In this document: positions 1 to 11,572 of the stretch, piece after piece | Layout of the letters: each line of letters begins with the position of its first letter | Position numbering within the stretch: the first letter of the stretch is position 1 | DNA from: Octopus sinensis | Lineage: Eukaryota | Reading direction: 5' to 3' | Assembly: GCF_006345805.1 (NCBI RefSeq) | Contig: NC_043009.1 | Location: 62,124,001 to 62,188,000, forward strand | Length of the DNA stretch: 64,000 bases | The notes under the pieces: model-generated | What the model was told of the DNA's origin: nothing | Databases searched by the model: none | Seen by the model: the letters and a program-made list of their open reading frames with translations, nothing else | Translations under genes and position numbers: made by a program

Positions 1-346
1 CGCTAGTTTAGTAATGCTGTTACGGGCAACAAGTATGTAATAGTAGTAGAGAACACTTAACTGTGGCACTTGTCTTTATTTGTCTCATGTAACAGAAACA
101 CAAAATACTGATTAAATGAACAAAGAGAAGTAGTCAAAACGAGGCGATTACTTTGACGTAAATTAATTTTTTGACATTATTTCAAAGTGAAAAATAAAAT
201 TTTTAAAAATTGTTTTACAAGCAGGGTCTTCTGATTAACGACTCGCACAGACTAAATTTTGTATAAAGCTAGTATTCCACTACATCTAGTATTGCGAATG
301 CTTTTCTTTTTAATTTAATTACAATTGACACCAGCACGACCCCAAA

Positions 347-592
347 ATGTATGTATGTATGTATGTATGTATGTATGTATGTATGTATGTATGTATGTAT
401 GTATGTATGTACGTATGTACGTATGTATGTATGTATGTATGTATGTATGTTTTTATGTATATACGTATGTATGTATGTATGTACGTATGTACGTATGTAC
501 GTATGTATGTGTATGTATGTATGTATGTATGTACGTATGTATGTACGTATGTATGTATGTATGTACGTATGTTTTTATGTATGTATGTATGT
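347..592. repeat. (TATG)n microsatellite with TACG variants
   Basis: Direct reading of tandem tatg/tacg units; explains the MYVC-type ORFs at 325-635. Confidence 0.97.
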
Positions 593-909
593 TATTACCA
601 TCTCTCCCAACTTTTTTTTTTTTTTGATTGACTAAAAACTCGGTAAAATAAATTTTTCTTTTTCACTTGAAGTAAAAATAACTTTTGCAAGTTTGGGAAA
701 TAAAATAAGTTGAAAAGTTTCGAAGTATACTTTCCAATATGTTTTATCATCGTGGCTGAGTGATCTTATACTATGACGTGTTGAGAGGTGTGGACGAGAT
801 TTTATCAGAATTTTACTTCCTTCCGTACGGAAATTACTTTCACTTTGATCGCACAGTTGTTGGTCACTCAGACGCTTTCCAATCACTTGTACGGACGTTT
901 TATTGTAAG

Positions 910-1044
910 GTAAATAGTGTAAACTCGTTTCCTATTCGTCATTCTATCTAAGAATTATTGCATTGTTAGAGTTAATCTCAGTATTGACTTGTATTTAAAA
1001 GTATTGACTTGATTGAAATAAAAACAGCGCAGTTTCGTTTCAAG
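910..1044 (+). other. Possible 5'-UTR intron of the zinc-finger gene
   Basis: Donor-like AAG|GTAAAT at 910 and acceptor-like TTTCGTTTCAAG ending at 1044, six bases before the ATG. Motif match only. Confidence 0.3.
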
Positions 1045-1050
1045 GGGAAA

Positions 1051-2226
1051 ATGTTGAATATATTAGAAACGGATTCTACGCGTATAAAAACCAGTTATAA
1101 CTGTAATAATGACCAAGAAAACACAAAATATAAAGAAAATGTTTTGAGTATTTGCTCTGACATGTCCAATTTGAAGATTTCCTCTTCTGAAGATGAAAAT
1201 ATCTCATTCTCAGATAAATGTGTTGTGTGTGATGTGGTATTAACTAGCGAAGCTAATGCTAAGCAACATTTTGAAGGTAGGAAACACCAGAAAAAAGTTC
1301 AAAGTCAATCTGAACCAATCTTTCCAAACAGGACACCTGAAAATTCATTCGTTGACTGTCATACACCAGTAAACTTACCTGTAAATAATGAATATAAATG
1401 TGTTGTATGTGAAGTGGCATTTACTAGCTCAGTTATTGCCAAGCAACATTTTGAAGGTAAGAGACATCAGAAGAATGTTCTAAGTCAACCTATAGCAGCC
1501 GTTTCAAACAGTCCACCTGATAATTATTCCCAAGGCTTCCACACCCAGGAAAATGGGCCTGAAATAAATAAAGACGAATGCAAGTTGTGTGATGTCAAAT
1601 TTACAAGTCCCTCTCAGGCTGCCGATCATCTGAAAGGTAAAATGCACCAGAAAAATTTTAATACAATGTCTGCTTTTAGAGCGAATATTAAATTGGAGTG
1701 TGATACATGTGGTGTTGTATTTTCTGGAATAGTTGACTTCAAAGCACACTTTGCTGGTCGGAAACATCAAAGAGCTATTGAAAACAGAACTACCTTACCA
1801 AAATTAATTGCTGAGTCAGCTTCTCCTCAGAAACCTTTCTCTGTTGCAGCTGAAGCTTCCCAAGTTGAAGATAAGTGCAAGATATGTGATGTAGTGTTTA
1901 CTAGTGCAGTTACTGCTAAGCAGCATTTTGAAGGTTGGAAGCACTTGAAAAAACTTTCAGCTGAATCAGTCAATTCCAAAACTACATTTGAAAGTTCTCC
2001 TGGTTTTTCCTCTCCAACAGACATACCTTCAAAATACCCAAATAAATGTGATGTGTGTAATGTAGTTTTAACAAGTGCTGCTAATGCTACGGAACATATG
2101 CAAGGCAAAAATCATTTGAAAAATGTTAATCTGAAAACTATCTCTAATGGTTCCATTCATCATTCTACTGACAACGAATTCAATATCAACAACAATTGCA
2201 ACAAAAGCTATTCAAAGAATATTTAA
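1051..2226 (+). CDS. Six-finger matrin/U1-type (ZNF385/ZNF346/ZMAT-like) C2H2 zinc-finger protein, probable double-stranded RNA binder, about 391 aa from first ATG
   Basis: Six widely spaced Cx2C-x12-H-x5-H fingers (CVVCDVVLTSEANAKQHFEGRKH, CVVCEVAFTSSVIAKQHFEGKRH, CKLCDVKFTSPSQAADHLKGKMH, CDTCGVVFSGIVDFKAHFAGRKH, CKICDVVFTSAVTAKQHFEGWKH, CDVCNVVLTSAANATEHMQGKNH) with the H-x-x-G-x-x-H signature. ATG at 1051 is in frame with the 1009..2226 ORF. Confidence 0.88.
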   Translation: MLNILETDSTRIKTSYNCNNDQENTKYKENVLSICSDMSNLKISSSEDENISFSDKCVVCDVVLTSEANAKQHFEGRKHQKKVQSQSEPIFPNRTPENSFVDCHTPVNLPVNNEYKCVVCEVAFTSSVIAKQHFEGKRHQKNVLSQPIAAVSNSPPDNYSQGFHTQENGPEINKDECKLCDVKFTSPSQAADHLKGKMHQKNFNTMSAFRANIKLECDTCGVVFSGIVDFKAHFAGRKHQRAIENRTTLPKLIAESASPQKPFSVAAEASQVEDKCKICDVVFTSAVTAKQHFEGWKHLKKLSAESVNSKTTFESSPGFSSPTDIPSKYPNKCDVCNVVLTSAANATEHMQGKNHLKNVNLKTISNGSIHHSTDNEFNINNNCNKSYSKNI

Positions 2227-3700
2227 GAAGTAACTTAAACAGAAACAATTCTAGTAGAACTTATACCATGTGAACCTTGTGTGATGTGGATGAATATTCT
2301 AAAGTATTTAATAATTTTCGCAATGGCAAATTTAATTTAAAAAACTAAAGTGAGCAGGAAATCTAAGTTCCAAACTGTTGATGTAACTGATGATTGAGAT
2401 GGAGAGGAAATTTTTACTGGAGAAAGGAATACAAAATATTGTTAACCATTTATGTGAAATGGTTAGGAAATAATATCAGTTGATGCATAAATGTTGATAA
2501 AACACAGATGTATTGATACATGAAAATGTGGACAAAGTAGAGATATTGATATTTAAAATGCTGGCAAAATAGTTCTTACATTATGTTGACAAACGGATAT
2601 TAATATATGGAATCTCAGTAAAATAACATTAGCGATGTTGACTGAAATTATGATATTGGCCCACAAATTTGGGATATTGATACAAAGTGCTGACAAAATA
2701 ATGATGATGACATATTGGTCAATAGAGATATTGACCCATGGTATGTGGGCAAATAATATTAAAGGTAGTTCTGATTCATGGAATGTGGGAAAACTGATGT
2801 TAACATGAAATATTCTCAAAATAATTGAAAAGATTCTTCTTGCATTTTGTTTGTTTATTAATGCTGGATGTACTGGTTCCAATCTGGAGTTCCATCGTTG
2901 TCTCAGTTCTTTGTCGTTTAACGCACAAAAGGATGGCTTAAACCACTGATATTTATTCTTGTTGCATATCTTGTGATGCTGTGTTGCTGCCTGGATGCTT
3001 CTTCTTATCACCAAACTTTTGAAATAAAAATATTTCACAAAACTCATCATTTGTACATTATTCTCTTAGATTCTTTAGAATTTATTGTAATCTACAAAGC
3101 TTACAGGGTACACAAATGCACTGGTAACATTGACATATTAAAGAGCAACAAAAATATATCTGTTAATATAATGACATTATTGAGGCAGCAAGCTGGCGGA
3201 ATTGTTAACATGCCAGGTAAAATTCTTAGTGGCATTTCATCTATCTTTATGTTCAGTGTTCAAATTCCACCAAGTTTGACTTTCATCTTTTCAGAGTCAA
3301 TAAGATAAATATCAGTTGAGCACTGGGGTTGATGTAATTGACTTAACCCTTCTTCTTAATTTGCTGGTCTTTTGCCAAAATTTATAACCAATATAATGAC
3401 ATCACGAGAATACAGAAGTCGCAGTTTCAATCTAGACACTTCAGTAGAAACATTGGTAGGAGATACACTAAAGAAGAAATAATTTTTAGATGCGTTGAAC
3501 TTCTTGATTGCAAACAGCTTACACCACACACGCTTGCTTCTTAGCCTATATGATCCTTTTTTTCATGCACTCTTACAGGATGTTTGGGTTAAATTTGACA
3601 GTTTGCATAAAAGGGAAAGAAAACAATATCTCATCTAAAAAGAAAAGAATTTAAAAAAAATCAAAATGTGTCAACTAGATTATGGCTGGTAGATAACAGC

Positions 3701-4150
3701 TTACTCAAGGTAGCCACTGTAAGCTACTACAGTAGCCTCAAGACTGCTCCAGAACTTGGTGCATGCATACCTCACTGTGTCCCTGGGAAGACCTTTGAAA
3801 ACCTTCTTATCCTTGGACTCCAGTTCAGGCCTTAGTATTGCAGGCAGAGTGGTTGGTGTTCTTCTCAACCACACCCCACAAACGGGAATTAGGTGACCAG
3901 AAACTGGGGCTGATCAAGTCATAGAAATTCTCTAACAACCATTTCTGACTCTTTCCAGAGCGATGGCATGGATCTGAATCTTGCTGACACACATATGGCC
4001 CTCCAACAGCAACCCTCTTCAATCAAGGTTTCACCAAAACATCCAGCTGTTTCACATAGCCTTCTAAATTGAGCCTGAGACCCTGCTTAAAACTGGGACA
4101 ACTTGATGTCACCTTTACTGGAGATATACCCAGAGACCACCACAACAGCT
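3701..4150 (-). mobile_element. Tc1/mariner transposase C-terminal fragment, degenerate
   Basis: Minus-strand frames read VVVSGYISSKGD..QGLRLNLEGYVKQLDVLVKP*LKRVAVGGPYVCQQDSDPCH..SPNS..WGVVEKNTN..SLEATVVAYSGYLE*, matching the catalytic region of the 35-36 kb element. Confidence 0.85.
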
Positions 4151-4579
4151 TTGTAGTGTCCGTTGCAGCTGTGCATATCCTGTCTTTCAGCCTTTGCAGT
4201 GTTTACAGAGAACTGAGCTGCAGTCAAGATGTTGACATTTTGATACTTGATGCAAATCATCATTAGACAGGTAGCTTGTTTATTATTTTCAGGTGGCTTC
4301 CAGCCTCCCATGTCAGCTAGCTTTTTCTCAACCACAACTTTAATTCTTATGCTCTCCACTGCCATTGAACATTCACCAATATGTTGTGCTTCTCCTGATA
4401 AAAAAAAAAAAGGAGACATAAACAAATTGTTGAATTTAGCCTGGCCACCCTGTATGTCTTTGCAAGACTGTGTTGGTTTGGTCATGTGATGCAGATGGAT
4501 GCTGACGGCTCCATAAAGAAGTGCTGATCTCTCAAAGTAGATGGAAGTGGAAGACTCAGGAAGACATGAAATGAATGTG

Positions 4580-4888
4580 ATACCAGTGCCGGTGGCACGT
4601 AAAAAGCATCATCCGAACGTGGCTGTTGCCAGCACCGCCTCGACTGGCCTCTGTGCCGGTGGCACGTAAAAAGCACTAACCGATCATGGTCATTGCCAGC
4701 CTTGCCTGGCACGTAAAAAGCACCCACTACACTCACGGAGTGGTTGGCGTTAGGAAGGGCATCCAACTGTAGAAATACTGCCAGATCAGACTGGAGCCTG
4801 GTGCAGCCTCCTGGCTTCCCAGACCCCGGTCGAACCGTCCAACCCATGCTAGCATGGAAAGCAGATGTTAAACGATGATGATGATGAA
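4580..4888 (+). mobile_element. SINE-like repeat family C (internal TGGCACGTAAAAAGCAC repeats, (GAT)n tail, probably RTE-related)
   Basis: Four dispersed copies in the window (4580-4888 +, 5020-5352 + diverged, 6045-6272 -, 8098-8335 +) share ggttggcgttaggaagggcatccagctgtag...ccaacccatgctagcatggaaa..gatgatga. Confidence 0.8.
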
Positions 4889-5019
4889 GAATGACCTCAG
4901 GATGCTGAACCTTTCAGGTGAGATGATAAAAGAGCAAGATGCCTGGTGCCTTACTGTACTCAAGAAGACTCATACTCTGTAGACTCTGAAGACTCTTACT
5001 CTGTAGCAGAAGTGTTAAG

Positions 5020-5352
5020 AACAGTTCCTCTGATGGTGTTAAGCAATTGTGGTGGTGTCCACATAAAAGCACTGGTGATGGTGCCACATAAAAGCACCCA
5101 TGTCATGCCATGTAAAAGCACCTGTGAGGTATCACATAAAAGCACCCATGCAGTACCATGTAAAACACTTGTGCAGTGCCACGTAAAAGCACTCAGCACC
5201 CTCTGTAAAGTGGTTGGCATTGAGGAGGGCACCCAGCTGTAGAAACCATGCTAAATAAGACTGGAGTCAGGTGCAGCTCCCCAGCTTTCCACCTCTGGTC
5301 AAACTGTCCAACCCATGCCAGCATGGACAACAGACATTGAACAATGATGATG
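5020..5352 (+). mobile_element. SINE-like family C, diverged copy
   Basis: Five diverged cacgtaaaagcac-type units followed by the same ggttggcattgaggagggcacccagctgtag...gatgatgatga tail. Confidence 0.7.
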
Positions 5353-6044
5353 ATGAGTCTTGATCTTTGTAGTCCACTCATTGCTGCTTTTTCTGGCACA
5401 CACATCTTTGTTCTTACCGGTTTCTACATTGTTGATACAAAAGCTACACTATTTATGTGTCTGCATGAGGTAACAACTTTCATATTATTCATAAATCACT
5501 TGCTTTTGCAGAAACAGAGATTCATTTTGCTGTAGATAAGGTTTGTTAAAACCACTTTTTGAATCAGTTGATTTTTCTCCTCGCTTTGTGGTTGTTTTGA
5601 TGTTCTTTCTGTTTCTCTTCTGAACTGACAGTGTCTCAAATAAATGACATGGACTTAAAAACGATACAGGCTTTATTAGTAACATATTAAATGTGTGTGA
5701 CAGGAATTTGGGGAATTATCGTTTATAGTAATTGATTTAATTACTCCTGAGTATAAAAACTACCTCTCTCTGCCAAGCCATATTGTGCCAGTGTGACAGA
5801 GTAGGCTCATCAAACCAGTGTGATCTCAAGTTCAAATTCATAGCCTTTACTTCAGAGTGTGGTTAGTGGAGAGAACATGCAGAGGCCCTCGTACTGCAGT
5901 GGATGGAACATAGGTGATCCAATCCAATCCAATCCAATCCAATGAACTGACACAAAGTATATTTCTAATGCTTATTTTATTGACCCATAGAAAGATGAAA
6001 AGTAGAGTTGATTGTCACAGGATTTCAACTCAGAACTTTAATGT

Positions 6045-6272
6045 CTGTTTTCCGTGCTAGCACGGGTTGGATGGTTTGACCGGGGTCTGGGAAGCCAGGA
6101 GGCTGCACCAGGCTCCAGTCTGATCTGGCAGTGTTTCTACAGCTGGATGCCCTTCCTAATGCCAACCACTCCGTGAGTGTAGTGGGTGCTTTTTACATGC
6201 CACCGGCACAGGGGCCAGAGGAGGCTGGCAGTGGCCATGATCGGATGGTGCTTTTTACGTGCCACTGGCACG
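6045..6272 (-). mobile_element. SINE-like family C
   Basis: Reverse complement of the 4580-4888 copy. Confidence 0.8.
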
Positions 6273-6559
6273 AACAAATTACATGGTCATGTCCAATTAT
6301 TGTTTGCATTATCAATGCCATGTCTATTTAGTAATAATTATTTCTTATTTAGGTACAAGGCCAACAATTTTGAGGATAAAGAGTAAGATGATCCCATCAG
6401 ACTCAGTTTGACCCGACTAATAGGTTATTTTATTAACCATGGAGTGATAAAAGATAAAGTTAACCTCAGAAGAATTTGAACTCAGGATGTGCAGAGCTGG
6501 AAGAAATACAGGAAGGCTTTTTTTTCCCCAACACTCTAATAATTCTGTCACTCCACTTC

Positions 6560-6922
6560 CCTTTTTGTAATTCTTTTGACCGTGGCCATACTGGAGCACC
6601 ACCTTTAGTTGAATAAATCGACCCCAGGACTTGCTCTTTGTAAGCCTAGTATTTATTCTATTGGAATCTGTCACCGAACTGCTAAGTTATGGGGACATAA
6701 ATACACCAACATCAGTTGTCAAGCAATGGTGGTGGGGATAAACACAAATACACAAATATATATATACGCCAGGCTTCTTTCAGTTTCCATCTACCAAATC
6801 CACTCACAAGCCATTGGTTGGCCCGAGGCTATAGCAGAAGAAACTTGCCCAAGGTCTCAATCAGTGGGACTGAACCCAGAACCATGTGGTTGGAAAGCAA
6901 GCTTCTTACCACACAGCCACGC
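6560..6922 (-). mobile_element. tRNA-derived SINE family A
   Basis: Head ggcgtggctgtgtggtaag...gggttcagtcccactg (A/B-box-like), internal (TA)n, tail ctggagcacc..gtcaaatgactgaaacaagtaaaag; homologous to 13075-13520 and 17405-17822. Confidence 0.8.
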
Positions 6923-7099
6923 CAAGTTTTGTTCTAATTGTTTTTTGAGCAACCACATACATGACTGAATTTAGTTGCAAAAGAGTAAATAGTAAGTCAT
7001 ATTATTTATCTTTGCCAGACATAAAGAATGAAAATACATGAGACTGAAGAAGGTTCGAGCACCATTTCTGATGCTTTGACATTTCTGTCTATGCTATGT

Positions 7100-7450
7100 C
7101 ATGGCGACAAGGGTTCCAGCTGATCCGATCAATGGAACAGCCTGCTCGTGAAATTAATGTGCAAGTGGCTGAGCACTCCACAGACATGTGTACCCTTAAC
7201 GTAGTTCTCAGGGAGATTCAGCGTGACACAGAGTGTGACAAAGCCGGCCCTTTGAAATACAGGTACAATAGAAACAGGAAGAAAGAGTGAGAGAAAGTTG
7301 TGGTGAAAGAATACAAAAGAGTTCACGACCCCACTTCCCTGCTGGAGCCACATGGAGCTTTAAGTGTTTTCACTCACAACACCCAGACTGGGAATCGAAA
7401 CCATGATCCTACGACCGTGAGTCCGCTGCCTTAACCACCGGGCCATTGTG
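7100..7450 (-). mobile_element. tRNA-derived SINE (CORE-like family D)
   Basis: Minus-strand head with tggttaaggcagcggactc..ggtttcgattccc; body homologous to 9043-9365, 33740-33930 and 34230-34540. Confidence 0.75.
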
Positions 7451-7854
7451 TCTCCACATTGTTATTATTAGGGATAGAGGGAAAGCAGTAATGTAGCAGC
7501 ATTGTTAGAGCATCTGAAAAATGCCCGTTGACATTTGTTCCTGTTCTTTATGTTCTGAGTTCAAATCTTGCCAGGGCCATCTTTGTCTTTCAGCCTTCTG
7601 CGATCAATAATATAAAGTATCAATCAAGTTCTGGGACCGAATCCCCTTCTTTTCAATACTGCTAACCTTAAGCCTAAATTAGAACTCAATTAATAGTGAG
7701 TTGGGATAGGGTAGTATAAGTGGCAGAGCAACACAAAAATACCCCGTGCTTTTGAGTTACATTGCCTTACATTTAGAGTTCAAATTGCACCAGGGTTAAC
7801 TTTATTTTTCAGTATCTTGCTTTGATAAAATATGTACTAGTATAATGCTAAGGT

Positions 7855-8098
7855 GGAGGCGCATGGCTTGGTGGTTAGGGTGTTAGCATCATGATCGTAA
7901 GATTGTGGTTTCGATTCCTGGACCGGGCGATGCATTGTGTTCTTGAGCAAAACACTTCATTTCACATTGCTCCAGTCCACTCAGCTGGCAAAAATGAGTA
8001 ACGCTGCGATGGACTGGCGTCCCGTCCAGCTTGGGAACAGATACGCCATAGAAACCGGGAAACTGGGCCCATGAACCTGGCTAGGCTTTAAAAGGGTG
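7855..8098 (+). mobile_element. tRNA-derived SINE with CORE-like central domain
   Basis: ggcgcatggcttggtggttaggg..ggtttcgattcctgg then ttcttgagcaaaacacttcatttcacattgctccagtccactcagctg; related heads at 9043, 15985(-), 20066, 31575(-), 44563. Confidence 0.78.
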
Positions 8099-8349
8099 CA
8101 TGCCGTGCCAGTGGCACGTTAAAAGCACCAACCGATTGTGGCCGCTGCCAGACTCCCCTGGCACGTAAAAAGCACCCACTACACTCACGGAGTGGTTGGC
8201 ATTAGGAAGGGCATCCAGCTGTAGAAACACTGCCAGATCAGACTGGAGCCTGGTGCAGCCTCCTGGCTTCCCAGACTCTGGTCGAACTGTCCAACTCGTG
8301 CTAGCACGGAAAACGGATGTTAAACGATGATGATATAATAATAATAATA

Positions 8350-8548
8350 ATGAAATTATTGTATACAATGCTCAGGTGCACCACAACTTGTCAGAAAGTG
8401 CATATAAAGTACATGCAGTAATGTAGAAATGTCTGGAAAGCGAACAATGTATGAGTCAGATACATGCTTGCGTGTGTATGGAGGGGAGAAAATCAAGTGT
8501 AGTGTTGGCGAATCTCAGGAAGCATGGAAGTTTTGAAGGATGCAGTGA
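8350..8548 (-). mobile_element. CR1-clade LINE 3' end
   Basis: Reverse complement of the 3' part of the 10010-10365 copy. Confidence 0.8.
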
Positions 8549-9042
8549 TGATGATGAATGCTAAGGCTGGTCTAGTCAACTCCTTCCTTCTCGCTTTCAC
8601 TGGTGATGTACAGCAGGACTTGTTGAATGCTAAACCAAATACATTGTTGAATTCAATTGTATGCTTTATATTCTTGCTGAGTCATTTTGTGGTTTGTCTT
8701 TTGTTTGTTTTAATAATAAAATAATAATAATGAAATTATTGTATACATGATTATTTTATAATCATGATGTAAAGAAAAAAAGCAAAACAAAGGACAAAAG
8801 ACAAGATGACTCAGCAACAGAGAGACCGATAGACTAAGTACTAGGCTAACAAAGAATAAGTCCTGGGGGCGATTTTATTCGACTAAAGGCGGTGCTCCAG
8901 CATGGCCGCAGTCAAATGACTGAAACAAGTAAAAAAGAGAAAGAGAAAATAAATAAATAGCTAAATAAAGTCTGAGTAGAAGTAGATCCATTCCTGTTCA
9001 GAAAATGTTGAAGCGTCCTTTGTTTTATATTCATGATGTGTC

Positions 9043-9365
9043 AAGGCATGTGGCTTAGTGGTTAAGGTATTCAGCTCACGATTGTAGGTTTGTGAGTTCA
9101 ATTCCTAGTGGCGTGTTGTGTCCTTGAGCAAGACACTTTATTTCACGGTGCTCCAGTCCACTGAGCTGGCAAAAATGAGCGGTACATGTATTTCAAGGGA
9201 CCAGCTTTGTTACACTCTGTGTCACGCTGAATCTCTCTGAGAAGTATGTGAAGTGGGTATGAGTGTCTGTGGAGCGCTCAGCCACTTGCACGTCATTCTC
9301 ACGAGCAAGCTGTTCCGTTGATTGTATCAGTTGGGATCCTTGTTTTCTTAACCGATGGAGTGCCC
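9043..9365 (+). mobile_element. tRNA-derived SINE (family D)
   Basis: tggcttagtggttaagg A-box, gagttcaattcc B-box, CORE-like tccttgagcaagacactttatttcac. Confidence 0.78.
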
Positions 9366-10009
9366 CTATTCATGATGTCATCATTGATCAAGAGTCAAAA
9401 ATAAAATTATGAACAGCAATCAACTGCTTGTGTTTTTCTTTTTTTCTCAGGAACATTATCAAGTTTGCCCCCTTTTTAAAAAAAAAGATGACAGTCTACG
9501 ATATGGGGAAATTTAGCTGCTATTACATGTTGGTAGGGAGACCATTGAAATTTTTCCCAGTTGCATCATTGTTTTTTAATGTTATTCCCTTCTTGTAAGG
9601 GCGTTTATCTTGCCTATTAGCCACGTAACAGCCTCAGTTAATACTGGACTCTTGCCAATCACATCCACAAGAAGTAACTCCCAAATTGTTTCACTTTATC
9701 ACAGTAGTTTCCAAACTTTTTCATGCACCCAGGCCACATTCCTAGCACCCACCCCCTACTCACCACCACAAACATAGACCACATTCTGCCTCAAATTGAA
9801 AGCAACTGTAATTCACAAATGAAACATAACCTGATCAAGCCATCATTTTTGTTGTTTTTACATCCATTACTCCTTTTTGGCCATCCATTATTGCCCCCAT
9901 TTTTCTTCAGCACTCACTTGGATCCTTCCCCTGCCCCCAGAAGGGCAATACCACCCACTATGGGAACCACTGCTTTATGAGAATATATTAACAATAACTT
10001 ACAATAACT

Positions 10010-10365
10010 CTGAGCACCTTTTCAAACTCCACCTGTCTAACACCTGTGAACATGTTTACAAAGTCAGAAAGCAGCACAGCTCCCATGACTTTCAGAAACA
10101 TTTTTTCACGTTAAGAGTTGCTGAAGTATGGAACAAACTGCCGGCATCAGTTGTTAGTTGTCGGAGTACTGCATCCTTCAAAACTTCCATACTTCCTGAG
10201 ATTTGCCAACACTACACCTGATTTTCTCCCCTCCATACACACGCAAGCATGTATCTGACTCATACACTGTTCGCTTTCCAGACATTTGTACATTACTGCA
10301 TATACTTTACAAGTACATTGGACAAGTTATGGTGCACCTGAGCACTGTATACAATAATTTCATTA
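10010..10365 (+). mobile_element. CR1-clade LINE 3' fragment (ORF2 C-terminus and 3' UTR)
   Basis: Translation HVYKVRKQHSSHDFQKHFFTLRVAEVWNKLPASVVSCRSTASFK matches the CR1/L2 ORF2 terminal FF..RV...WN.LP..VV motif. A third copy lies at 25180-25445. Confidence 0.82.
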
Positions 10366-10387
10366 TTATTATTATTATTATTATTAT

Positions 10388-10946
10388 TGAGTGAGAGAGT
10401 AGTGCATGCCATCAAAGTGACACTGGGGTAAAATATACGAAGCCCAGTATACCCATCATGACCACCCATCTGATAAGGGGACATCAAGCACATGCATCAC
10501 AACCATACATGCGCAACATGGTGATCTCATATCAAGAGAAACAGCGCATGACCTTGCAGGTGGGGCCCAGTTAGAATTTTCTTCTGGTCGAGTAGCCCAT
10601 CCCGCTCAAAAGGTCCCTGAATAAGGACTGTTTAAGGATGTTGAACAAACCACCCATGTTTCCAAAGGTGAATTATCCAAACCTCCAAGAATTCCTCTCA
10701 ACACACGGCTATGATGCTCCCCTGCTACTTTTGCTTGTGATCAGAGATGCACATATCATCAGCCACTAAGGGACTTGCTCAACTGGTTAAGGTCAAACAA
10801 CTGACAAGCAAATCTGTGGTACTGAGCAGAATATTTGCTGTAGCCCATCTTTTATACCAAGACAAAACAATGTACATGATAACACTTCAAATCAGTTAAG
10901 ATCAGAAGCCATGAGAGCCACTGTCTGGTACTGCATCAGGGCATTT
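10388..10946 (-). mobile_element. About 560-bp non-coding retroelement ending in (AAT)n, full-length copy
   Basis: Flanked on both sides by (TTA)n. Homologous copies at 27162-27400, 27431-27863, 43349-43857 and 44062-44104 all end at ..ctctcactc/ctcgctcact(tac) directly followed by (AAT)n. Confidence 0.82.
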
Positions 10947-11228
10947 ATTATTATTATTATTATACTTTACTTCCACCATTCCAGGTGTTAAGATTATTCA
11001 TGCTGACATACTTGTTAGATAATACAGACTCAAAAAACAAGATTTCCTGCAATATTTCATTGATGATTATGGAAAACTAACTCTTGTTGTTGCCTTGTAC
11101 CAGGGCATATGAAGAAATAACATATTAACACATGGACCAGTGCTCTGCATAATGTTTACAGTTTTAAAATTCCCAATTTTAGTGGACGAATTTCCCTGCA
11201 AAACGATATGTGCCTCCAAGTAGGTCGT

Positions 11229-11572
11229 GGATCTTTTCACTTTGACTGGCAGATTTTAAAAATGATTTCTTTGTTACTAAGCACTTTTAAACTTCGTATA
11301 CTGGTAGAATGTCTCACATAAAACATCTTTTTCTCTTGGTGTTCTTGAGAAAATTATGCAGTTTGTAAGCTATTTGTTGTTTAATTTCTTGTATTTCGGC
11401 AATTTCAACCAATCAATGACGTCTATTGAGGTGAATACAATTACTGCTGTTGCTTGCCAAAAAGCTCAACAACAACTTCCGGCGGTGTCTATTTCGAGAT
11501 CGATACTCGGGTCATAATTATGGGTGGACACTAAATGAGGGGACGGTTCTGCCGGTCAAAGTGAAAAGATCC
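11229..11572. mobile_element. MITE with 24-bp terminal inverted repeats
   Basis: GGATCTTTTCACTTTGACTGGCAG (11229-11252) and CTGCCGGTCAAAGTGAAAAGATCC (11549-11572), one mismatch; CGT on both flanks. Confidence 0.8.

Noticed and set aside
325-635. ORFs of MYVC/YVCM repeats, and all poly-I/Y/L/N/D/S or IYIY/HTH/VCVC ORFs elsewhere (13.2, 20.0, 23.5, 25.9, 36.3, 43.7, 44.1, 48.2, 50.0, 52.5-55.3, 58.2 kb)
   Set aside because: Translations of microsatellites or low-complexity satellite, not genes.
2553-3050. 165-aa minus-strand ORF
   Set aside because: No recognisable motif; antisense to the decayed extension and probable 3' UTR of the zinc-finger gene, so probably a shadow ORF.
5390-5690. Possible minus-strand exon in unique sequence
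   Set aside because: Splice-like sites exist but the frames are short or stop early; no supportable product.
7855-7930. tRNA-like sequences here and at 9043, 17405, 20066, 31575 and 44563
   Set aside because: A/B boxes are present, but each continues into a shared repeat body and lacks a complete cloverleaf; these are SINE heads.
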